DNA of 64,000 nucleotides from Paraspadella gotoi (taxonomy: Eukaryota; Animalia; Chaetognatha), in the NCBI GenBank assembly GCA_051294375.1, contig CM119271.1, forward strand, positions 5,879,991-5,943,990, read 5' to 3'. Numbering within the stretch: the stretch's first letter is position 1; each line of letters starts with the position of its first letter. The notes under the pieces were generated by a model that was not told the DNA's origin, made no database searches, and saw only the letters and a program-made list of their open reading frames with translations. Shown in pieces: positions 52,102-64,000 of this stretch. The position numbers and the translations under genes were made by a program.

Positions 52102-54188
52102 TCAAAATTGTTGCTCCCCCTTGACGACTCCGTTTTCCGGATTTTTCCCTTCTTTCTCTCCCAACTTGGAAACGATGAGGCGCCACGCCAAACAAACGAC
52201 CATCAACGCGAGGCACAGCGCCACTTGAATCGCGTTGGCGTAAAACAAAATTAAAAACAATTGTCGCGAAATGTCCGAAAGGCAGAAACAAGTGTCGCTC
52301 CGCCACAAATCGGCGAAATCGGAAGAAAAATTGTTGAAGCTGCGCCAGCGACTTGGCGAAGACGCCGATCCGTCGAAGAGCGCCGACTCGTTGCAGACGG
52401 ACCAACTTGGCGCCGGAATTATTTGAGTCGCGTTGAGCGCCGCGTCTCGAATCCAGGGCCCCGTTTCCGGCCAAACGAAGTCCGGAATCCCGGCGATGGG
52501 TCGAGGCGGAAGAAGAGGACGAAGAAGTCGACGCCGATGCGACGCTGACGTCTCGGTTTCGACGAACCAAACGGAGACGAGAAACGCGTTCGTCAGCGCC
52601 GTCGCCACAGACAGCGACGCCGACGCCACCGTCACCGCTATTCGGCGCCGTCGTTGCTTGACGAACGTCAACGCGCGATGGGCGAACAGGTGCCAAGCCA
52701 CCTGGACGACGAGGAAGAGTAGATGCGGCGCGGCTAAGGCGCCAAGGGCCAAGTAGAGGGCGCCGCGGTGCGAGGCGAATAGCGCCGCGGTTCCGAGCGT
52801 CGTGACTCCAACGAGGACGCACCAGAAGCGGAGCAAGACGGAGACAAGAGCCGCAAAAAGGCGCAGCCCCGCGGCGGCGCCGTCGGAGAAAAACCAGGCC
52901 AAGTAGAGTTGTTGATTGGAGGCGCGACCCGAGAAGACGCCGAGAAAGCTGGAACGAGGTTGGGGGGGGAGGTGGGAAGGAAAGGGGGCGGCCGGAAGGG
53001 GTTGAGATGAATGCTTATTAAATTTTGTTTCTTTTTTATATCCGCCTCTTTTGTTGGTTTTATTGTGGTTATTACCATTTTTATTCCATGAATTTTTTTT
53101 TGGCAACTTACGAAAAGAAAACAAAGAGAGANNNNNNNNNNGAGAGAGAGAACTCGGTAAGATAAATTTGTAATTCCAAATCCCGTTGGAATAAATTGCT
53201 TTGCCCTCTTTAAAGTTTAATGATTCCTTTTTCTCGTGGTTTACAGAACCGTTTAAAATGGAAACACCCCTTATTTAGTCTAGTCGCAATTCGTAATAGT
53301 AGTAGTAGTTGTAGTAGCAGTAGTAATTCAACCGTAAGCTTCCATTCCCTTTTCTCACACGTGCAATATGGACGCGCCAAACGCCGCCGCTCTCAACAAA
53401 GATGCTCCGTTGTTCGCCGCGGCGCCGAAGAGATTGAGCGCCGCCGCCGGAGCCGCCAGGAGGTAGGCGTGGAGACAAAAGGCGGCGTCGGCGGCGTCTT
53501 CGGAAACGACGACGAGGGAAGATTTAAAGTCGCGACCCACGAGTCCGACGACGACCCGCAGGAGGAAGAATGGTTTCGAGGAGATGAGCATGGGGGAGAG
53601 GAGAGAGAGGGAGAGCCAGAGGGGGACGCCGCCTGAGAAAATTGGGGGGGGGGGTTGGTGAAAAGAGGAATCGTACATTCTGATATTTGATTGATCGTCG
53701 TTACTAGCACCGGAAGTTATATAAAAATTAATATTAAGCTATATAACGTTAATAATTAATCCATCAGAATCGAATCAAGGCCCTGTAGGGCGAACGTCTT
53801 GTCATCTCACAAAATATATTTTTTTCAACTAACAGAAAATGAAGAAATAAAAAAAAAATTGTATGACGGCGTAAACTGAGATTCGACGCTTGCGGGAAAA
53901 CAAAAATTAATGGATTAACAAACCAGCTTAGGTTGGTTGCGGTCTTCGACTAGTGAAGTTACCCCTTTTTGAATTACCTGGCAAAATCGACAAAAGTGAC
54001 CTATGCATCTTGGCGTCTCTGAACACGTGGATGATATTGGCGATGACGGTGACGACGACGACCGCGACGAAAGGAACGAAAATAGCGTCATTTGAATCAT
54101 ATAAACGAATGAGCAAAAGCGTCTGACACGCGAGGTCGAAAAAGTGAAGAAAACTCAAGGCCAATAGTTTAACGACTTGGCCAATCAT
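52102..54188 (-). CDS. Divergent XK-related multi-pass membrane protein (~3 exons; gene spans an assembly gap)
   Basis: N-terminal LSFLHFFDLACQTLLLIRLY, then CLHAYLLAAPAAALNL (cf. XK LEAFLESAPQLVLQL), GTAALFAS and multiple hydrophobic segments. Confidence 0.5.
53132..53141. other. Assembly gap (10 N) within a (GA)n tract
   Basis: Ns flanked by gagaga. Confidence 1.
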
Positions 54189-56135
54189 TTTATTTTTGTT
54201 ATCGTTTTTTTCTTTCAATGGTTTTAATTTCTTTAATATTTTTTTTTAAAAAACGGCTTTGTTTTAAATCTTCGAAAATGTCTATCGTCGATTAGATTTA
54301 TAATTTTTTATTTTTTTTTTTCGACTGATGCCCGTCTGGCCTCCTGCCGATATTTCTTTTTTTTTATTAACGAAAAAAAAATCGATAAGAAAAATGAATT
54401 AAACTTAGTTACTCTTAATAATAATAATGTATAGTTTCGCGGGTTTCCCACTGTCTGTGACTGTCTCGTTCTCTCTTTGCGGCGGAAAAAAAAAATTGGG
54501 GGGGAAATAAATAAAGAAATATTATATCCGGAAAAAAGCGTGAAAAAGATCGACTACGATCGTATACGAGTATAGAATTAATGTTGAATCACGGCAAAAA
54601 AGATGAGGGTAGCTTTATTTCTGGGCGGCGGGCGGACGGGATTCGTCAGCACTCGATTCGCGTTGAAAAAGAAAGGGAAACCAAATCCCGATTTTTCTTT
54701 CGCTCACAAAAAAAAAACACAATTTTTTTAAGAGAAGCAGAAGCAGAGAATACAAAAAAAAATCGGGACTAAAAATAAAACAACTAGCTTTTTTCGCCTC
54801 ATGATAGTTATCCCTCTGGCAGCCAGCTCTTTGTTTACCTTCCCCCCCCCTTACTCATCTAGACCCATATCTATCGTAACGTTCCTTTTATTTATTCTCC
54901 CAGGACCTCAACCAAACCCCCTTATCCCTTGAGCGCTTTTTTTTTAGTAGGGGGAAGGGGGAAGAAAAAAGCTTGCATCGAATGAGTTGTATTTTAATGC
55001 CTCGTTTTGGTTTCGCTAATTACATTCAAAAAGTAAGGATAAATAGCCAAAACCCATCATAATCTTTCTCAGCTTTTGAAGCTACGAGAGGTTTGCTTTT
55101 GTTTGATAGAGCTATTAAAGCTAAAGTGCTCGAATGGACCGAAAAGAAATTTCCGATCTACTCATCCGAGAACAAGTTAAAAGTTATGTAAACAGAAATC
55201 TCAATTGCTTCCAGTCACGGTTATTAACGGAGTGAGCAATAGGAATTTCAAGGCCGCCGCCGCTTCTCGGGGAGAAGGCTACGACTAGTACGACTTCGAG
55301 GTCATATCAAACCCCGAGAGTCTCGAGACATGTTTAAGATACGGATGTACATAATCGCGATTTAAGGATTTAGATTTTTAAAAAATACTCGTGTCTTAAA
55401 ATTTAACCGGTCTTTGGTGCAGAAGGCTTTTTTTTATGAAGAATCATTTAAAAATTTACTATTTTATAAGGATATTACTATAAATATATTGTATTTTACG
55501 ATACTGTTCCCCAAACAATCGGAGCAAAACATTTTTTTATACTGGATAATCATACAATTTTTGTTCCTGAGAGCTCCACTACTGCTTATATTGAACGGTT
55601 CTAACACTCAGAGACTCACTAATAACAATTATTCTGTTTCCTCACAATCTCTATTTATTGTGAACTGCAAGAAATTTTTAGCTTATTTCTTTTCCTAACT
55701 CAAGCCATTAAATTGACGAAATAATGATTTTCCTAAATTCGAATAATATTCCAGAAAGCTTTTTATTGATAATAAAAAACGAAATTGATGGTTTATTAAT
55801 AATAATCATTAATCAATAATAATCAAGAGTTGTGCATTCGCTGCACAGTCACAATATTTAAAAGTAATGCTATTCCTAAAAATTAACAATGACAGTAACA
55901 AAATGAAAATGGAAATATTTACAAGACGCTGAAGCAAATGAATAATTTGGATTACTCAAGGATCTGCGAGTTTGGAGATTATGAAGGTACCGCAAAGCTC
56001 AGAAAAGTCTTTTAGCTTATCTAATCTTTATGGTATAGTTTTAAATTTTTCATCGCTCAAAGTAACTTTTTCATTCCACCACCTACTCTAGTATCAATTC
56101 AAGCTATGAGTATTTCGAAAAGAGCACACACTTCG

Positions 56136-58378
56136 CTACATCCATCCCAGCACGAGCCTGCCAACCCCAGCGCCGGTGGCCAAACCGACAGCGACGACAA
56201 GACAGAGCAGCGTCCCCGCGACGTCGGCATCTTCAGGCATCACGCGGCGAGGCGCCTGAAGTGAGGAAAAAAGGTAGACACGAGATGGGGCGGGGGAAAT
56301 AAAATATTTAAATATTTCAACGCGAGGTTCGTTGGGAGAAATGACTCGGCGAACCTGCATGAAGGCGACGGTCGAAAGATACCCATTGGAGAAGCCAAAG
56401 AAAACCGTAAAGATAATGGGAAAAGCGTCGTGGCGGAAGACGACAGGGATCACGCGAGGGCGAGACAGGACCTGCAAGTTTTAATTGGATTAATTAAGTC
56501 GAGACCAACTATATCGTCCCCATTTCGTTTTTCTGATCTCTCCTACCTGATTGCAGAACATGAAAAGCGGGATGAACCCAAGCCTGGTTGACATGACGAG
56601 AGGGAGAACCCATCTCGGCGCTTGAAAATTGGGCCACTGCCGAATCCCGGCCACGTTTCGTCCTACGAAGTCGCAAGCATTGAACAAAAGAAAACAAAAG
56701 ACGGGCACGAAGAACTTCTCGTAGTTGGATTCCTGAGGATGCGTGGCCGGAACGTTGGCGGTTGAGCCGTTGCCAAGCGACGGCTCTGTCGATGACCATG
56801 GCGTCGCAGAAACGGGCAAGATCAGCGACGCGAGGCAAGGGAACACGGCGATGGTGGCTACAAAGTTGAGAAAAAGAGTTAGCGTCTCGGAGGAGATAAG
56901 TCCGAGAACGCGGGTCAGCGTGTCGGCGTGATGACGCACTGCGCGAAATCGCAGCGTCCAGGAGCCCCGTCGTTGACGGCGAGCAAGGTCGTTTCGCACG
57001 TACACTTTCTGATAACGGCGGAACAAATGGTATTTCATGAGGGATTTACGTTGATAACTTGTAAAGATTTTTTTTTTAACCTTTAAAGTGACGCTATCCT
57101 GCTGAGACGCTGTCAGCAGCGGGATCCGCTCCGCCGCCGACGCAGCACCTTCAGTCTCCGTCAGCGTCGCAGCCCTTCGACCCAGCAAGCCGCAAACGAC
57201 GAAAGCGGCGCAAAAGACGCAGAGGGCGCCGACGAGAAAGTAAGCAAAGGAAGTGAAAAGGAGGACGCGGTCGTCAGCGGCCACGGCGAGGGTGACGACG
57301 GCGACGAGAGAAGCGAAGGTGCCGCAGACTGACTGACCGTTGAGGACCGCCTGATGATCGGAGACTAATTTTTTTAAAAATCCGCATATATCATTACCGT
57401 GGTTTCATTCTACAAGGAAAAAACAGTCAAGTTTGGTGAATGGTGATGGTTAAGGGTATTTAAGGGTTAGGGTTGGTCAGAGTTAAGGGTGTTTAAGATT
57501 AATGGCGGTTAGGGTTAACCGTTAATGTTCAGGATGGTTAAGGGAAGGGGGTAAGGGGCAGTTAGGGTTAGGGGTGGTGACTGGTGACAATTTTACCTTT
57601 TTTTTTTATTAACCTTTACCTGCATATAGATCGGCGACATTGAGGCGGCCAAGCCGAACACCCCGGACTGCATCAACGCCGACGCCCCGATGACGACGAC
57701 GACGGAGCCGATGGAGACACGGAAGAACTCGTCCTGCCATCTGTCGGTGTTGACGAGCACAAAAGCGGCGGTTGCGGCCAGAACCAGAGCCACAACCACC
57801 GCGGGAACCACGATTCGCGTCTTGATTGACAGGCGGTTCGTCAGAGCCGCAGCCACGAGGAGGAAGAAGATGTTGGGCGTTAACGTGGTGGCGGCCAGCT
57901 GGGACTCGAAACTCTCCTGTAGCAGGGTTCTGAAAAAAAAATGGTTATGTCAACCAATCAAAATATATTAAAAGCGTTTCAAAATTATTATTAATAATAC
58001 ATTTAAAACCATTCAATGTTGAATTTACTGTTCCATTCTTTCACCGAATAATTTTTAATTTTTGTCGTACCTCTCTGCCGGAAATTCCCCGGAGCCTTGA
58101 TCAGTCACGTTTCTGAACTTGTACTGCCAATACGAATCGGGCGTGATGAAGAAGTTCCATGGCACCAACGTGCAGACTCCGAGGAAAAGAAAGGCCCAGT
58201 AGATTGCGTCGCAGCGGAGTCGTCGTCGAGAGGAGCTGAGTTCGTGAATGCCTTCGTGCGGGATGAGAGACTCGTAGACGAAATCGGGATCGGAAGAGGG
58301 TTTGGCGGAAGAGGGTCTCGACGAGGGCTTGGGGGGCGGAGGCTCGGGAAGCACCGTAATTTCATCTTCGATCGACAT
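56136..58378 (-). CDS. SLC29A: Equilibrative nucleoside transporter (SLC29 family), multi-exon
   Basis: FLFLGVCTLVPWNFFITPDSYWQYKFRN, QSGVFGLAA..PIYMQAVLNGQSVCGTF, IAVFP, FVPVFCFLLFNACDFVGR, RLGFIPLFMFCN, FGFSNGYLSTVAFM.AP and GLATGA. Confidence 0.95.
57449..57577 (+). repeat. Degenerate TTAGGG/TTAAGGG G-rich tract in an SLC29 intron
   Basis: Multiple ggttaaggg / ggttaggg units. Confidence 0.6.
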
Positions 58379-59271
58379 TTTTTTTTTCTGACAGACTGGA
58401 TCGAAAAAACGTTAAGAGCGGAAAATTTGTTTTTACTTGTATTAATCTTAGCGCAAGGGTTTTACATCTTTTTTAAAACAACAAGTGAATTCGCGTGTAT
58501 TTCTCCGTTAAATTTCGATCCGCGAGAGGTTTTTAGAATCTCAACTCGAATAGCTCGCAGTGATCATAATCCCGCCACTAATATGATTGACCAGAGAGAC
58601 CAGTCGGTTGTCAGGGATGAGGCTCGGTTTTCTACTGCTCCCGATAGAGACGACGGCCACGAAATGATAAGGATTTTCGGGCCTCAAGATCGGACGAGGC
58701 GAAAAACGGGTTTTTGGGTCAACCCTTTCTTTCTTGTCCATGCTAAGGAGCTTAGGACAATAGCAGCGTACCGGGTATCGAAAAACTAAATGGTTTTGGT
58801 CGAATACAAGAAGTTTTTCGAACTGCAACACCCTCTTAACTCGAACACAATTTTAATCATGAAACCCTTAGTAATACTAAGGCAAATACTCTATAAAGTT
58901 TCATGATTAAATTTTGTTTAGTATTAGTCTGTTTAGTCTGTTATTTTATATCCAAATTTGTCCAAGATTACACTCCCTGTCAGTTGACTTATCAGGTCTC
59001 CGAACATTGTACTAAAGTATGTAGCAGAGTTTCAAGACATTATTTCAGAACAGATACAATATGAAATTAAAATTGATCAAATCATTGAATAAATGAGCTT
59101 TCTTGCCTTAATGCCTTCCTGACTTAATTTGGCAATATGGAGTCTTAACCCACCAGTCAACCTATCTATAGTACATGGCAGCTTATAATCACACCCTCAG
59201 ACCATTAAATAACCCCTTTATATTCGAATTTCTAGCGAATCGTTATTATATTTTAAGCTTTTATCAGCTTT

Positions 59272-59370
59272 GTTAGTCGGATCTGCTTAACACAAATTCC
59301 AGCACTAATTATCAACTGATTACCGCTAAATGATCATGGCAGATCTGGCATTGTTTGCTCAAACTTTTTT
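59272..59370 (+). mobile_element. Internally deleted ~100-bp HINE-family copy retaining both ends
   Basis: ttagtcggatctgcttaacac...ccgctaaatgatcatggcagatctggcattgtttgctcaaacttt. Confidence 0.65.
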
Positions 59371-59624
59371 TTAAAAGATAATACAATAATAAATACTAGA
59401 TAATACTATGATATTTTAGAATTATCAAGTATGATACTAACATTTCTTCATAGGTGATATTGGACACTCTTAATATTAAGTTTTTCAAACGTCATCATTA
59501 ATGCTTAACTCTTCTTTACGGCAAGCGTTTAAATATACTGCATAAATCATTTCAGTCGCAGTTTATTTTTTATTTTTGTAATTCTTTAAAAAAATTTTGA
59601 AGAGAAAATTCGAACGCCTACGCC

Positions 59625-60060
59625 ATGGCCGACTCTTACCCCAAAGTCAACGCGATCGATCCTGTCAAGGTCTACAAAAAGCGACGAATAAATGACCCGT
59701 TACAAATTACCTCCCCATATCATATTAACTTTCGCTATTCCGTCAAATTCGCAGAAGGAAGAGGAGAAGAAAAACGAAGCGGAGAAGAATCGCATCGAAG
59801 AGGAAAAGCAAAAGCAAGCGGCGGAAAAGGAAGCGAAGCCTAAAGAGCCGGAAAAATCGAGCGGGATGGGATCTTTTTTGATTCCTAGAGGTTCCGACAA
59901 CGATGGGTTCTCGGCCACCGACCTCGGACCGCGATTCACCAACTCCGGTTCCATCTGCTCCGGGTTTCACGGGCAAGTGACGGAGGAGGTCTTGGAACGC
60001 GTGAAGGAGATCGAGGAGAGAAAAAGCAGTTCGACGGAGAAGAAAGAAGAGGGACGTTGA
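59625..60060 (+). CDS. Small uncharacterised E/K-rich protein, ~116 aa (exons 59625-59669, 59755-60060)
   Basis: Good start context (cgccATGG). A phase-0 GT-AG intron joins MADSYPKVNAIDPVK to KEEEKKNEAEK...GPRFTNSGSICSGFHGQVTEEVLERVKEIEERK. Confidence 0.6.
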
Positions 60061-60394
60061 GGAGAGGGGGAGGTGGAAGAAGTGTGAGGTGGGGGGGAAA
60101 GACAAATTGGCGAGCGTCGTTGAAACGTCGTGTATATGTGTTTAGACGAAAATAGGGCCACTCGTGTTAGTCTCCGAACAAACTAATAATCATAAATTTC
60201 TAGCTTTTTTTCTTTTACCACTATTTTAAAAATAAGGATCGCGAATCGTGAAAGATTTTTATTTGAAAAACGGTAAAAAACTTGAACATCTTGAAACAAT
60301 GGAAGCTTCTACTGAAAAAGTCGGGGGGGAAAGAAAGCTAAAACTCTGAAAACTGATAATACCTATTCAACGGCATTTACATATTTTATTTTTC

Positions 60395-61769
<1,375 letters not shown>

Positions 61770-61888
61770 TTTGCTAAGTTTTTACACGATTTGAGCTAAA
61801 ATTATTTAAATCTGTAAAAGAGAACAAAAACCATGATGGCACAGGAAAAATTGATTGATGGAAAAGCAGGATGTACCACTGTACCGGA

Positions 61889-61918
61889 CACTGGGCAGTG
61901 GGCATCAACAGTTTCGTT
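61889..61918 (-). promoter_or_regulatory. Candidate ribosomal-protein promoter element upstream of RPS13
   Basis: cactgggcagtgggcatcaacagtttcgtt is nearly repeated upstream of RPL18A. Confidence 0.5.
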
Positions 61919-62151
61919 CAAAAACAGCGTCTGATGCTTATTTTTCCATCAAAGTTTTAAAACCTGAGGTATCTTTCATTTATATCAAACTCAAACAAAA
62001 AATAGTTTTCAAAAATTAATTATTAAACCTTAGATAACAAAAAATTAAAAATTGAAAGCAAAGAGTGATCCAAAGATTTTGGGGGAACTTCCTCCCTTAG
62101 ATCAGCATATTTGAGAAGCCAGAATAACTCCTGATCAACGAGTCCTCATGT

Positions 62152-63026
<875 letters not shown>

Positions 63027-63181
63027 TTTTTTAATGTTATTATTTATAGAACTTAATTGAAAAATAAAAATTAAATTGTAAAAATTAAAAAATGAAAATG
63101 GCAAGGAAGGCAGGAATCGTGTAAAAAAAACATAATTACCCATAATGTGTAAAAGTAAAAAAAAAATACAATGCCATAAAG

Positions 63182-63209
63182 CACTGAAGTGCCATCAACA
63201 GTTTTCGTT
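63182..63209 (-). promoter_or_regulatory. Candidate ribosomal-protein promoter element upstream of RPL18A
   Basis: cactgaagtgccatcaacagttttcgtt, matching 61889-61918. Confidence 0.5.
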
Positions 63210-63499
63210 GTGAAGCAAAGAATTACAAATATGGTAACAATTGCAATTATAAAAAATCTTATACATAAGCATTAGCATCCGGATCGTCGCAATCGAATAG
63301 CAAAAATCTGGTCCCTTGACAAACTTTTATACTCAAAAAATTAAACTATAATTGAAAACTAAGTTTTAGACATAACAAACTTGATTAATATATAAAAAAA
63401 TTTAAAAATAATAGTGATTCGACTCACGTATCGAAACAAGGAAAAAGAGTGGAAGAGAAAATTAAGTGAAAAACAACTGAAAAGTAATAATTTATTGTT

Positions 63500-64000
63500 C
63501 CTCATGGAGTCGAATTTCTTCATGGTTTTTCCCCACCAACAGAAGAGCATCTGCTCAGCAAACGCGACATCTCCAGACAAAAAACCTCCCCTTATCCTTC
63601 CCTCCACTACCTCAGCGCGATGCCAAGAGGCAAAATCACTCGTAACTAGCAAACCAAAAGGGGAGAATCCCGCAAAGATTTCCGGTGAACCACCAGACCC
63701 ACTTGACTGGACGTCGTAGAAGGGGGGGGATGAAAAGCCGCAAAGGCCAGTGCAAGGACAAAAACCGGGTATGGAAAACCAGTCGGCCGGACATCCTTGG
63801 AGCCCCGCCCGCATGCTTTTGGGACTTGCGAGACCTGAAAGAGCGACAAGCGGGGACTACGCGGACTGCCACGCCCGCGTTTGCGGCAAGCGGAATAGGT
63901 GCAACTGTGCGGAGCCCCGGAACGGATCATCGAAGAATGAAGCGTCCGAGCCAACAACGACGACGACGCCATTTATGGGGACTGTCGTCCCAAAATCGTC
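63500..64000. other. GC-rich, exon-like segment truncated by the window end; identity unresolved
   Basis: Composition resembles exons elsewhere in the window. Two + frames stay open from ~63720 to the end, with no recognisable motif. Confidence 0.25.

Noticed and set aside
63030-63140. Acceptor upstream of RPL18A as a trans-splice site
   Set aside because: A cis donor (atgg|gtaatt on the minus strand) is available, so a normal 5' UTR intron explains it.
63646-63972. Minus-strand 108-aa ORF as a mitochondrial-targeted protein, or the region as a structured ncRNA
   Set aside because: No recognisable domain or RNA motif; several overlapping frames are equally open and the region is truncated.

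Overview
Eukaryotic DNA from a compact, gene-dense invertebrate animal genome: mostly 55-140 nt GT-AG introns, AT-rich non-coding DNA, CpG-rich exons, one 10-N assembly gap. Gene models were built by hand from splice sites, so internal exon boundaries are approximate. The + strand (1-43.5 kb) carries ten co-oriented genes: the last exon of a beta-tubulin, PYROXD1, C2H2 zinc-finger gene A, trichoplein (TCHP), zinc-finger genes B and C, NRDE2, TAPT1, an orphan with an MGC start, and a p160/NCOA (SRC/Taiman) coactivator. The - strand (45-63 kb) carries an RBP4/purpurin-like lipocalin, NT5C3, a divergent XK-related protein, an equilibrative nucleoside transporter, RPS13 and RPL18A; a small + strand orphan lies at 59.6 kb. 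Repeats include a Helentron/DINE-1-like (HINE) family, MITE-like elements and long (CT)n tracts. The best candidate for an undescribed system is the three zinc-finger genes: they share a gap-free 56-aa N-terminal domain (23/56 positions invariant) resembling the dimerisation half of a MADS box without its basic DNA-binding residues, possibly a lineage-specific equivalent of KRAB/SCAN/ZAD. Other highlights are a lipocalin with a C-terminal TM helix and Cys7 tail, an apparently bHLH-less NCOA, and a motif shared upstream of both ribosomal protein genes. Family assignments rest on recalled motifs, not database searches.
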